64,000 bases of DNA from the human T2T-CHM13v2.0 reference genome, Homo sapiens: NCBI RefSeq assembly GCF_009914755.1, contig NC_060929.1. The stretch is one strand, 5' to 3'. Position numbers and translations under genes: made by a program. A model generated the notes under the pieces. The model searched no databases, had not been told where the DNA came from, and saw only the letters and a list, made by a program, of their open reading frames with translations. Below, piece by piece: positions 30,740 to 46,080 of the stretch (position 1 is the first letter of the stretch; every line of letters begins with the position of its first letter).

Positions 30740-31172
30740 CTCTACCAATCTCAACCCTGCTGTGTTCTGGGAAGCTGACCTGGATGCCTGGCCTCAATGT
30801 TTCCACTGCTCTCTGACTTTCTGTTGGGTTTGGCCAATAAAGGGAACCTGAAGGTCATCCCAGGGAGAGAGGAGCGGGAGATCAGGGTGTGTTTTTCACC
30901 AGATTTCTTTCTGCTGGGTTGCCATGGTCCTACCAAAGACAGCAGCTCCTATCAAGCACCCTTCTCTGAATTCTGATAACTGCTCCCTCCCATGCCCTTC
31001 AGGTCCAAGAATGGAAATGACTCCCTGCTAGTACTCACCCCGGGTTGCTGCACTCACTGTGGTTCCCCTACATCCTCTTCACATCTTTGTCAAGTGTTCC
31101 TTTTCAAAACTCTCCTCAAACCACCCAAATTCAGTGCGCTACCTATTTCCTGCCAGGATTCTAATGCTACAA
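30740..31172 (+). mobile_element. LTR33-like ERVL solo LTR
   Basis: ttctgttgggtttggccaataaaggg...tgcccttcaggtcc...tttcctgccaggattctaatgctaca. Confidence 0.7.
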
Positions 31173-31429
31173 CATCCAGTTTATTTGTTTATGTAGGTAT
31201 ATGTATTCTGGAAAATTACATGATGTCATGAAAAGTTGCATGAGCTATTTCAGAGACTTGAAATTTATTCTTATTCAACAGATGGGGAATCAAACCGATC
31301 ATGCATTATAATACAGCCAAATATATATTATTGTTGCTATATAGCCAAAAGTCATATAAGTGTTTGAAAGTAATAGACTAATGATGCAATAAGATGAATA
31401 TGCCATTCAAATTCATGGATGGTTTTAAA

Positions 31430-31585
31430 AATTAGTGACAGATAGGTATATTATTATTTCTTCCATTTTACGATAAGTGAAGTCAGAGAAGTAACTTGGC
31501 CATGGTCATATGATAAATAGCCAAGCTGGGATTTGACCCCAAGGAGTTTGGCTCCAAAGCCTGGGCTCTTAACTCCACCCACTGT
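31430..31585 (-). mobile_element. MIR
   Basis: tattattatttcttccattttacgataag...agtaacttggccatggtcata...gggatttgacccc...gctcttaac. Confidence 0.75.
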
Positions 31586-33025
31586 TTCTCTGGGCAGTAC
31601 CTGGAAATAGCTGGACTTCAGGCAGGTTGGTCAGGTATGGCACAAATATTGGAAACCTCAGATCTGAAATTTTAAAACCAACATGGTGCCATGTAATTTC
31701 TTACAGTTAAATAAAGAGACAGTTTGGGACCTGAGAAACGGAGATCTTTTGAAAACCATGGGATTCTATGACTTTTAGAAACTAACCACCATGTTCAGGT
31801 TGAGTTAGTTTCCCCTTTCTCTATGTTTCCATGACTTTGTGAACACACCCTATTTTAGCTTGTATTACAGTGTTGTAATTGGTTTTATATATCTGTTGTC
31901 TTCTGGTTTGTGAGCTCTTCAAGGAAAAAAAATATGTCTTATCCATCTTCACTAATGTTCTATATTATGTGTCATTTAATGAAGGGCCAATTAATATCTG
32001 GTCTATAAATATTCATCTAATCGTATCTTAATTTAGCATCCATAAAGCTAGTTACAATGTAGGTGAACTTCTATGGGTTTATTGTCATTGGCCACTACAT
32101 ATTTTAGGAGGCAATTAGTATTTTTATTCTTATCAGTATTGAGACAAATATTAAGATTTAATATAGACATATATTAAATACTAATAGCTAGGCAACAAGA
32201 GATTAAAAATAAAACAACGACAAGAATAAACAAAAACCTGGTTTCCCTAAATTAGGCTTAAAAAACATGAATCAAAAAAAGGGATTTTATTAATTATATC
32301 CTAAAAATGTTCTGGTTTATATCCAGCTCAGTTAGCCCCTTTAAGGATCTGCTCCCAGACCAGGGAAGCACACAGAGTCCATGATCACCTTCTTTGGAAG
32401 CTGCACAGACAGTACAGTAAGAGATAACACCATGCTTCCTACTCTGTTGCTCTCTGCTTCAAGTTAGAAAGTTGAGTTTACATAAACTTTCTTACTGCTT
32501 TATTTTATGTGTCAAGTTCCTTCTCTGCTTCTCCAAGCAAGAAAAATATTATTGAGATATTTACCCTATCTCATTTCCTCTTCCTTCAACATTCCAGCGG
32601 GGTGGGGAGAGTGTTGGAAGGCGGTTTGTCTGAGCATGACTATTGTGACTGCTCTGTGTTGCTGAATCTTATCCTTGGGAAAAACAGCATGGACTTTGGG
32701 CAGATTCTACCTGGTTTGACAAATAAGCTCAAGCCATGTGCTTATTTACATCTATCTCTCCTAGGAACAGAGAATTCATTCAACAATATTCACTCAGTAA
32801 ATGCTTTCTGAATGTTTACTTTGTGCCAAACACCATTCTAAGGACAAGACTAGAGAGACAGTTTCTAGTCTGGAGTAGTTTAAAACCTATTAAGGAGATA
32901 AGATGATCTCACATGGAATAAACTGTGAAAAATATAGAAGATAATTATGATATATGATATGATATATAATACAAGCCATGGTATAATAAGTTATCTAACT
33001 TATCATAAGTTTTGGGCAGGGGGGT

Positions 33026-33265
33026 TTGAGACAGGGTGTCACTCTGTTGCCCAGGCTAGAGTGCAGTGGTACAATCCTAGCTCACTGCATCCCTGAACTC
33101 CTAGGCTCAAGCAATCCTCCCACCTTATCCTCTCAGACTACAGAAACACATCACAATGCCTGGCTAATTTTTAAAATTTTTTTTTAGCGACAAGGTCTCA
33201 CCATGTTGCTCAGGCTGGTCTCAAACTCCTGGCCTGAAGCAATCCTTCTAACTTAGCCTTCCAAA
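33026..33265 (-). mobile_element. AluJ
   Basis: gagacagggtgtcactctgttgcccagg...ctcaagcaatcctcccacc. Confidence 0.9.
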
Positions 33266-33300
33266 TAATTTTTTTAAAAATTAACCTTTTTATTTTGAAA

Positions 33301-33619
33301 TAGTTATGTGTTGCTTAATGATGGGGTTACATTCCAAGAAATGCATCGTTATGTGATTTTGTTATTGCGTGAGCATCGTAGACTGTACTTACACAAACCC
33401 AGATGGTACAGTCTTCTATACACCTAGACTGTATGGTATTGGCTATTGCTGCTAGGTTACAAACCATGTTACTGTACTGAATACTGTAGGCAATGGTAAG
33501 TATTTGTGTATCTAAACATACAAAAGGTAGAGTAAAAATATGGTATTATAATCTTATGGGACCACTGTTGTATACACAATCTGTTGTTGACTGAAATATC
33601 ATTATGTGGTACAAGACTG
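33301..33619 (-). mobile_element. Tigger3a/MER7A inserted in an old L1
   Basis: gcttaatgatggggttacattccaagaaatgcatcgtt...ataatcttatgggaccac...aagactg-TA. Confidence 0.85.
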
Positions 33620-34356
33620 TAACTGTAGATTCATGTGGAGTTGTAAGAAGTACCTTTTAACCAGTTTCATCCCAAGGGTAACATCTTACCAAACTATAGC
33701 ACAATATTGCAGCCAGGATATTGACATTAATACAGTCAAAATACAGAATATTTCCATTGTTTCTGTGAGTATGAGGATGCCTCAAGTTGTGCTTTTATAG
33801 ACGCACCCATTTTCCTCTTGATACCACCCCCTCCTTAACTCCTGGCAAACACTAATCTATCCTCCATTTCTATAAATATATTATTCTAGTTGAATCGTAA
33901 GTATTTAACATCTTGGGATTGGCTTTTTTCACTCATCACAATTATCTGGGGATTCCTTCAGGTTATTATTGGTATCAGTAGTTCATTCTTTTCATTGTTG
34001 AGTAGTATTCTATAGTATGGATATACCACAGTTTGTTTAACCATTCACCTATTGAAGGATCTCTGTGTTGTTTCCAGTTTGGGACATTACAAATGAAGTT
34101 GTTATAAATGTTCATAAACATGTGTATTTTGTGAACTTACTTTTCATTTTTCTGTGATAAAGACCCAGGAGTTCAATTACTTGGTGATATAGTAGCTGTA
34201 GGTTTAGTTTCTTAAGAAACTCCCAAACTGTTTTCCAGAGAAGCTGTACCATTTTACATTCCCACCAACAACATATGAGTGATCCGGCATTTGGTCTTGT
34301 CACTGTTTTTAACATTGGCCGTTCTAATATGTGTATAGTAATATCTCATGATTTTA

Positions 34357-34678
34357 ATAGACTTTTTTAAGATAAGTTTTAGGTTCACAGCAAAATTGAG
34401 TGAAAGGTGCAGAGATTTCCCGTACATCCTCTACTCCCACACATGCACAGCCTCCCCCATTACCAACATCCCTCTGGCTCCAAAGCCTGGGCTCTTAACT
34501 ACATTGAGCCCATGCAGTTGAACCTACATTGACACGTCATTGTCACTTAAATTACACGGTTTACATTAGGATTCACTCTTGGTGTGGTACAATCTGTGGG
34601 TTTGGACAAATTCATATGATATGCATTCACCATTATAGTATCATACAGAGGAGTTTCACTGCCCTAAAAATCCTCTGT
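34357..34678 (-). mobile_element. L1MC-type 3' end nested in the older L1M
   Basis: Same family as 895-1435 (ttttaggttcacagcaaaattgag). Confidence 0.8.
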
Positions 34679-34680
34679 GT

Positions 34681-35142
<462 letters not shown>

Positions 35143-36643
35143 CTAGTTCCTTGCAACCATTCAATGTGGTTTTAATATGTGATTCTCTAATGGCTAATGA
35201 TGTTGATACTCGTTTTGTTTATTTACCATCTGTACATCTTTGGTGAAAATCCTCTTCATGTATTTGCCAATGTTCTAAATGGACTGTTCACTTTTTTACT
35301 TCTGAGTTTTGAGAGTTCTTTCCATGTTCTCAATACTAGTGCTTTGTTTGGATATGTGGCTTGAAAATATTAATATTTCCTCTCTGTGTCTATCTTGTCC
35401 TTTATTTTTTTACCAGATCTTTCACAGAAAAAAATTTTAATTTTGATGATGTCTATTTATCAACTTTTAATCAATCATACTTTTGGTGTCAAGTCTCAGA
35501 ACTCTTTGCCAAAATATAAAAAGACTAAAAGTTTATATATTTTTTCTAAAAGTTTTATAGTTTCACACTTAAGTCCATGATCCATTTCAAGTTACTTTTT
35601 GTATAGGGTGTAAGATTTATGTTGAGGTTCTTTTTTTTTGGCAAATGGATATCAACTTGCTCCAGCACCATTTCTTGGCAATATTTGCTTAATTTTTTTT
35701 TGTAAAAGATGCAAATGTTGGGCATATTTTTGTGGGTTTGTTTCTAAGTTCTCTATTCTGCCTCGTTGATCTATGTGTTTATCCCTTCTCCATTGTCACA
35801 CAGTCTTGGTTACTGTAGTTATATATAAGAAGTTTTTTTATTGAGTAGATTTATTATTCTTACTGTATTCTTTTTCAAAAACAATTTCTAGCTACTGTAG
35901 TTACTTTTCTGTCTAAATAATTTTGGAATAATTTTGTGTATATCTACAGAAAGTCTTGCTGGGATTTTGACAGGAATTGTTACACCTCTATATCAATAGG
36001 GGAGAACTGACAATTTTATTATATTGAGTCTTCAAATTCATGAACATGGTATGTCTGCACATATTTTGTTAGAGTTACACCTAAGTATGTATATCATTTG
36101 GAGTGACAACTGTAAATGGTGGTTTATTTTTAATTTTGATTTCCGAGTATTCACTGCAGCGAGAGTGGCCTCATTATTGTTGCACAATGGTGCAAGGCCT
36201 GACTCTTTCCTAAGCCTCCTCTGAGACCACTCTGGGAAAAGGAAGTGGGCTGGAAAACAGGCTTTCTACTTGGCCATCTCTAACATCACCACAGTTGGAC
36301 TGTTGGGTGCCTCATTACAGCCTCACAAGTGTGGAGGTCTAGTGAGAGTATAATGTAATGTATCCAATGTCACATATATAGTAAATAGTGAATTCTGGAA
36401 TAAACTCAGGTCTCTGTGATGCCATAGACCATTTTTTTAATCACTAGACCTTACTATGTGATAAGAGAGAGAGCTCAGATTATGACCTACTAAAATCTAA
36501 GCAACTAATCAATGCCTTGGAAGATGAATAAAATGATAAAATTTATGTTAAAGGAAGATTGACCTGTTAGTGGAAGGAAGAATATACTAAATATGGGAAA
36601 ATAAAATCAGTGCCTGGCTACAGTAGGCTTGATTGTTCTGTTC

Positions 36644-36942
<299 letters not shown>

Positions 36943-36997
36943 GATTGTTCATTTTTATGTTCAGTTCATTCATTCAACCAATGTTTATTGCATGCTA

Positions 36998-37062
36998 TGT
37001 TAGTCAGGGTTCTACTAGAGAAACAGAACCAGTCGGATATATATGTATACATACATACATAC
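36998..37062 (-). mobile_element. MLT2 LTR end fragment with (TACA)n
   Basis: tgttagtcagggttctactagagaaacagaaccag. Confidence 0.65.
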
Positions 37063-37214
37063 AACCCACTGGCCATGTTGATATTGAATCTTGGTTCCTG
37101 GGTATCTGAGCTTGATGGGGTTTGCCTTCCCAAGAAGATCATGAGTAGAAGGCCAGAGTGTGAGTCTAAGACAAAGCTGTGGTCAGGTCCTTGTCAAGGA
37201 CCACATGAGGGAAA

Positions 37215-37663
37215 CTGCCCTGTGTTGAATAGTGTCTCCTGTAACTTCATGTCCACCAAGAACCTCTAATTGTGATCTTTAGTTGGAAATAAGGTCTTTG
37301 CAGATGTAATAAAGATAATGTCATACTGGATTAGACTGGGCCCTAAATCTAATGATTAGTATCCTTATAAGAAGAGGGAAATTTGCACATACATAGAGAC
37401 ACAGAGGGAGGAAGGCCATGTGAAGACAGCAGATATTCCAAGGATGCGTTTAACAGCCAATGAATGCCAAAGACTGCTGGAAACCACATGAGGATAGAAG
37501 TAGCAAGGAAGAATTCTTCCCAAGAGCCTTTAAAGGAAGTGTGGCCCTACTGACACCCGGGTTTTGGACTTCTGGCCTCCAGAACTGTGAGATAATAAAT
37601 TTCTATTGTTTTAAGCTACCCAGTTGGTGGTAATTTGTTACAGCAGCCCTAGGAAACTAACAC
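37215..37663 (+). mobile_element. MLT1C-like MaLR solo LTR
   Basis: ggaaataaggtctttgcagatgtaat...ccagaactgtgagataataaatttct...gcagccctaggaaactaacaca. Confidence 0.9.
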
Positions 37664-38917
37664 AGAAACCAAGTCAGTGAGCATTGTAAAGATGGGAGAA
37701 GATCAAAAATGGAGACAAAACTAAGAAGTGGGAATGAGGTGGAAATGCCCAGAGCAGGTTAAGGTAGAATTGAGGAATATTCTTGGTGGAGAAATAAAAT
37801 GACAGTGTCTGTGCCTTGTATTATTGGCCTGGCATGTGGCGTGACAGAATGGTTTAAGGCCACAGGGCTGGAGTCATCACGGGCATAAGCGTTTTTGAAG
37901 ACCTATGTTTTGTGGCCACTAGGGGAGCAATCGGGAAAAATGTAAGTAAGGACAGAAAGATGACAATTCTTAGGACTGATTTAAAATGCAAAAAGGAAGA
38001 GGAGTCATCAAAGGAGACAGAGAAAGAATGGTGAGAGAGATGGGTAAATCGTATAGTAATAATTACTAACAGGAAAGAAGGATGAGGGCACCCCTTAACT
38101 AGACCACAGCATCCTGAGTTTAAGGTCTTTATATTTTCAGTGCCCATGAGAGTGCTTGGTCCACAATAAATACTTAATAAATGTTTTTCAAATTAATAAA
38201 GAGCCATTTTCTAATACAAGAGATACTGGTGAGAATGAAGATAGAAAAGGGGGTCTCTGACTTAAGCAAATAGGAGATCCTGAAATTCTAATAATAAACT
38301 CCTATAATGGACTGATTCTTGAACTCAGAACATATTAGAAGTGAGAGAAACCTAAAAAAGTATGTAGTATACCTCCACTTTATATACGAGGAAACTGGGA
38401 TCTAGAGATACTGCTTTTGTGACCTGGGCTGTTTGAACTGAAGGTATCTTACATTACTAAGACAGGTGACTTTGTGTGTTACAGCTGACAACAATCCCCC
38501 TTGAATTATCAGGTTTCTAATTAATTTTTTTCAAGCCTTAAAGGACAGTATCATTCAAGCTTAGTTGTTAAAAATAAAACTAATAATTGTTGGACTACAG
38601 TGGTAAAATAGGAAAGCTCTGATTAGAAAAAGGAAGAGAAGTGATAAAGAATACATTTCATAATAATTTGGGGTCACCATCTATAACCCAAACTCCCTTT
38701 GAAGGACGGATGGGTTTGCATAGAGAGAATTTAATGTAACACTTAGAGTTTGAGGACAAGGACAGCAGGTCTGGTACTGCTCTTGAGTTTCCAATCAGAA
38801 AATGATCACTGTAACGGTACGTCAATTTAATAACCATTAGATTTACTCCAAATTAGATATTTTCATGACTCATATCTGACATCCTTGCTGAGAGTTTGGC
38901 AGCAAACGACTGTGGCA

Positions 38918-38972
38918 GAGCCCCCAAGTGGACGATGAAAGAGCAGCATCTGTAGCAGCAGTGAGAGGGCGC
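38918..38972. promoter_or_regulatory. Two candidate CTCF motifs in divergent orientation
   Basis: Minus-strand CCACTTGGGGGCTC (38918-38931) and plus-strand CAGTGAGAGGGCGC (38959-38972) versus consensus CCASYAGRKGGCRS; unique, CpG-retaining context. Confidence 0.5.
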
Positions 38973-39680
38973 AAATCCCCAAGTCTACCAGAGGAGAGAG
39001 CTCCGGGCTGAGGAAACCCTGCCAACACGGTGGAGCTTCCAGAGCCCAATACCAGAGCCTGTTTATTACACAGCTAAGAAAGAATAAAAGCGATCCTTTG
39101 AAATGTTGGTCATCCCTCAAGGTATGTTTTTTAATCTCCTAAGACTCTGACTGATCTCTCTACTATGGTTTTTTGCTTTTTTAACATCCAAGAGGATAAG
39201 ATATTCTGCCCCAATACAAACCTGAGGGATCTGACACTTCAGACATCTGGCAGAGATTCTGCTTAGAAAGTAGCTCTAGATTGAAGGCTATTATCCCAAC
39301 GTCACTTCAGTCAAGGTGTCCTGATTTGCTTTGAATTTAATTTCCTTTGATTGGAATTTTTGAAAAAAATAACAAGAATAAAAAGTTATAGGCTTGTGGA
39401 AGTGGAAGGCATGCCAGGTTTCTGCATCTGGTAGCTCAAACAAGGTGAGACTTTGAGGCCTTGGGAAGGAAAAGAAGGCAGGGAAGTTGCTAAGACAACT
39501 GATTAAATGACAACCTGATGAAGCAGAAAATTCTCTAAATCCAAGGTGAAGAATTGCCTCAGGAAGCACCAAAATTTCCATCAGACACACATTGCAAAAA
39601 CAAAGGTCACATCCTATCCAATTTTTAATTTTTTGTTTTTGACGTGTGAAGCATGCAAATTAGAAGAAAATGCAGGCAAT

Positions 39681-39728
39681 TATCAAGATCACTTATACAA
39701 TACCTATCAAGATCACTTATACAATACC
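39681..39728. repeat. Perfect 24-bp tandem duplication
   Basis: tatcaagatcacttatacaatacc twice. Confidence 0.97.
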
Positions 39729-41047
39729 AATCCTGTGCCAATACATCATTGCTCTTGCTTTATGCTTTTGTGGATTCCTCAAGATTATAACCAGCTTAAA
39801 TCCCATTTACTACTTGTGCTCAAAAATAACATTCATGTACTTAAAAGTAACTTCTTACTGAGATATGTTAGAGAGGAAAAATTAAAACTATGGTTATTTT
39901 TACTGAAAGTTACGAATAACTATCTTAATGATTCAATGGAAAAGATGGAAACAAGAAATCTGACTGATTTAACAAAATTTGCTCTCTCCTACCTAAAGTA
40001 AAAAGCAGAATGAGACACATTCAACTTAGTCGGACCCCTGACAGAAACTGAATACATTTTACTGACCCAGAGGCAGCTGCCACATTCATCACAGCCTGAT
40101 TCTTTAATATAATAGAAGGTGATTTATGGTTACCAGTTAGAAATATTGCATGAAATAATGGAATAGTAAGGCTATTCAGAGGAAATTAAAATTGACCGAT
40201 AGATTTACAATAGCTACCAGGCTTAACTTTTAATATATACATATAAGGAGACCACTAATGTTTGTCATTTAAATGGGAAACTAAATTATATTTAATGTGG
40301 TATATTTTCCAGTACCTTGCTTGATTTACCTTAACCCATACAATCACAGCATTTGTCATGTATTTTACAGAAAGTATTAATTCATTTTTTGTTGTTGTTG
40401 AGAAAAGATGTAAATGTACAACAGCCTAGAGCTGAAGAGGCTAATCAGTTTTACAGATCAAAAGAATACCTTGTAAAGCTAAATAGCATGTACATCCATA
40501 GTTGAATTGTATCAGATTCTACAGCACAAGAGACAGAATGTTACTGGGCTACTTGGGTACTTCATTTGAGCTTTAGGCAAATCACTTCCACTATGGTTCT
40601 TCATAAGAAAGAGAAATCAAGCTGAGACAAAGAGGAATGCATGTCTCAAGAACATGCCTCTGGCCTTTAATCCATTAAATTATCCCATAGTTTTTCTTTG
40701 CTCTTTTAAGTAGATGCTTCTAGGATGCATCAATATGATTTGTGGGTACTTGGAGCAATTCAGGAAATGACAAAAAGTGCCCTGATTACCTATAGATAAT
40801 TTACTTGCTTCTGAAGTGAAAGAGCTTATACTCATCAAAATAAGATTTGTCAGATAAATTTAAATAAATAATGAGAGAACTGGGTTCATGACCTTCCCTG
40901 TCCCAAGTCATCTGTCTAAACAGCTTCTAGAAGGATCCTTCCCTTTCTCCTGCTCTGATATTCCCACTACTTGGACATCTGAGATTTTCAAAGCCAAAGA
41001 TAGTCAACTGTTTATTTTATGTCTTCATTTTATTGTTTTCTGGGGGG

Positions 41048-41331
41048 AAGAGACAGGGTCTCATTCTGTTACTCAGACTGGAGTACAGTGGTGCAATCTC
41101 GGCTCGCTGCAACCTCCGCCTCGTGTATTCAAGCAATTCTCCTGACTCAGCCTCCCGAGTAGCTGGGACTATAGGCGTGAGCCACCACACCCAGCTAATT
41201 TTTGTACTTTTAGTAGAGATGGGGTTTCACCATGTCGACCACGCTGGTCTGGAACTCCTGACCTCAAGTGATCCGCTCACCTTGGACTCCCAAAGTGCTG
41301 AGATTACAGGTGTGAGCCACCACGCCTAGCC
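41048..41331 (-). mobile_element. Alu (S/J)
   Basis: Antisense dimer with degenerate tail. Confidence 0.92.
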
Positions 41332-41592
41332 TATATCCTTCATTTCTGTCCTGGATCTCCATTCATACTGCCACCAATTGTTTTTAAGAACTTTTCCAGT
41401 ATTGGGGAATCTATATTTTTTTAAAATACCCTGTTGGAGTTACCTTGGCGCTCTCTGCGTGGAGAAGCCTAGTTGTATGAATACCCCAGACACTTCACTA
41501 ACCTCATGCTGGCATCTTTCAGCAAAGTAGCTTTTCAAAGCCATTTTGAAAAGTATCATCTGACCCTCACAACCTTAGGGAAACACTATTAT

Positions 41593-41826
41593 CCCTATTT
41601 GCAGCTAAGAAAAAGTAAGAGTGAGAGAAGAAAAATTATGTTGTAACAATCTAATGAGACAATAAATTTTCCCTATTTGCAGCTAAGAAAAAGTAAGAGT
41701 GAGAGAAGAAAAATTATGTTGTAACAATCTAATGAGACAATAAATTTTCCCTATTTGCAGCTAAGAAAAAGTAAGAGTGAGAGAAGAAAAATTATGTTGT
41801 AACAATCTAATGAGACGATAAATTTT
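41593..41826. repeat. 3 x 78-bp tandem repeat (minisatellite)
   Basis: Units start at 41593, 41671 and 41749; one difference (gagacAata, gagacAata, gagacGata). Confidence 0.97.
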
Positions 41827-42529
41827 TTCTCCTGTCCTGCTACCTGAGGACCATTCAGCATGCTGCCAGCAAAGAAGAAAGACTCTTCCAGGTGGCTGTT
41901 AATACGTAGTACACAAAAGATGATCTACTTGCTGTTTGGTAAAAGAAATGTATGGGTCCTTTCATTCTAAGGAAAACTATGGCCTTTAGCTAAGTCTTAA
42001 AGTATCATATAATGGGTATTATCAGAGGGAGTAGATGAAAACATACAATGACTTTATTCCATTTTGGCTGGCTCAGCTCAGCAAATGTAGCAGGAGGTAA
42101 ATCCATTTTGTCCTTGTGTGTCTGTGCTATCAGCTACACTACAATCAAAATTTTTCTGCAGGACCGTAACCACTGAGGAAGTAAATGGGCACCTTATTCA
42201 ACAGGTGATCGTCATGGCACTTATTATGTGTTGAGAGTGGTAGGAAACTGCCCCTCTACTAGGACTGCTCCCCAATATCTAAGCATCTAAGCATCCATGA
42301 TTCTTATGACTCTTGAATAAAGGCTTGCACAATAATATTGCTTTTTATAATTTTATTCCAAGAAAGAAGAGTCTCTTAAGGATAGTTGACATTTTACTGG
42401 CTAATAAGAATTATGTAGCCCCTAACATAAAACTTTTCACCTTGAACTTCAATTTAATGCTCATTTGCAGTAACTAGCCTAGGTTTGGGGATATATTTAT
42501 TTCTGTCTTCTAGTAACAGGGCTTTTATT

Positions 42530-42765
42530 TTATGAATCAGCTGGGAAATATGCCTGCAAATAACAGAATACCCAAATAGGAGTTTTTATTTCACACACCA
42601 AGAGGTCCAGAAGTAGGCAGGTTTACTGTTGATTAATACAACAGCTTAACAGAGATAGCCCGGACTGGTTTCTCCTAGCTCCTCTTGGCTTTCTCCTCAT
42701 TGTCACAAAATGGCTGCTGCAATATCAACTATAAATTCCTCATATTACAACAGCCAAGACAGGCT
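42530..42765. mobile_element. Old MLT1 LTR fragment
   Basis: aagaggtccagaagtaggcag; cacaaaatggctgctgca. Confidence 0.55.
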
Positions 42766-43948
<1,183 letters not shown>

Positions 43949-44944
43949 TCCCCATGTTCATGACCAGAACTAGGCCAATTATTTTATTTCTTACTTTGTA
44001 AGAGACAAAATTATGTCCTATAATCCTGATTACATGGAGATTTCAATTACAACCCAGTGGCTGCCCAGCAAATCACTTCTATGAAACTCAGAATGTGTTG
44101 CCACTGAGCAAAAGCAAGTTTGTCATCTTCAAGAACTTCATTACAACTTTGCTCGATGGTTTCATGTATTATTTTAAAATCTTTGTTATTTCTGCAAATA
44201 AGGTACTTTGAAATTGGAATAGTTATTTTAAAATCACCCTATACTTGTCTTTACAATGAAAACAGTAGGAATTTTTTATTTTAGATCAAATTGCTAGTAT
44301 TAGAGTTGTCTTTCAAGTTCAGGATTCATACATTAAAACATCAATGTATAATGGTTAAACAATTAACTGACACCTATTTCTTTTATATATAGATAAATAT
44401 AATAAAACATGAATTTATATTTGTTTGTTTGTTCATGATTTGTCATGTTTTTCATCCATCCAAACAGCATTCTGGAGGATTGGTTTACCATAAAAAAAAA
44501 AAAAAAAAAAAAAAAAACACAGAAATACAGCAAATTTATTCAAAGAAACTAGAATATTATAGAGGACACTGTTTTAGTTGACTCAATAGTTTCTCCTCCC
44601 TTCCTTCCTACCTCCGTCTCTCTCTTTTCCTTGCTTCCTTCCTTCTCCCCTTTCTTCTGTCTTGCTAATAATACTTACTTTTATTTTGCCAAGAAAGATT
44701 AATATACTCAGAGAAGATGGGTCTATTTTTAAACCAAGACATGAGCAATGATTGCTCTAAGCCAGTCACCATAATCTCATTGTCCTTTGCCAACTAATCT
44801 TAGGAATGGGATGGGAACTCATTCTTGTCCATGAGAAAGAGTGTAAAGATGTGAGGTGCTTCTGGGTGTAATCTCCCTCACAGAAGAAAAGAGACATGGG
44901 AGGAAAAGTCTTTTGCCTCCTGCCTCAACATCAGTGCTATGTCC

Positions 44945-45081
44945 TTTCCTAGTGTTTTGGGATTTTTCAGATATCTTTTCCTTGTTGATTTCTAACTTAA
45001 TTATCTTGTAGTCAGAGAACATACTCTGTATAGTTTCAATCCTTTTTCTACTTGTTGGGACTTATTTCATGGTCTAGTATG
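44945..45081 (-). mobile_element. L1M ORF2 endonuclease fragment
   Basis: ORF 44819-45022 begins MFSDYKIIKLEINKEK (SDH-motif region). Confidence 0.7.
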
Positions 45082-45652
45082 GGAGCTTCAGCAAGGCAAA
45101 ACTGGCTTCATATACATTTGGATTCAAGGATCTGTCCTTCTCTTTTTGTTACCTTTACTTTCTTTCTTCTATTCATTCTTGGACAAGTGCTTGCTTGTCT
45201 GCTGGTAAAAATACTCCCAGAAAGTTATAGAGTCACATAATCCTTAAGCTCATGTTCACAAGGAAAAAAGAAAGACCCTTTCCCTTTAATTCAAGGATTC
45301 TGTTTGGCAAGAACTTAGATCATGAACTAACTCCTATTAAGGGTAGGGGATAAGGTTCTGCACAAGAAACAGAAGTTTTGCTGTGAGGAAAAGGGAGATA
45401 GAAGTTTGCCATGCAGTTACCACTGTTTATACAATAGTGATCTCCAAATGCTTTTTTTCAAATGTTTTTGACTGCACACTCTATTAATTTTAAAATTGTA
45501 TATGAATCCCCATATATGTAAATTATTTTAAAATAAGTATATATAAATATACAAATTATTTATTTATAAAGAAATTTAAATTTATTTGTCAGTAAATAAA
45601 TATAAATAAGATTACTGGCATTTATTTCTTGCTATTCAAAGAAAAAAAGAAA

Positions 45653-46080
<428 letters not shown>

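Noticed and set aside
39546-40001. 151-aa ORF as a gene
   Set aside because: GTG start, AT-rich, no recognisable domain or splice structure; lengthened by the in-frame 24-bp duplication
41593-41826. CRISPR-like array
   Set aside because: Head-to-tail units with no unique spacers, in primate DNA with no cas genes
43950-44517. Processed pseudogene
   Set aside because: No ORF, no properly spaced poly(A) signal and no TSD found; kept only as an orphan poly(A) note
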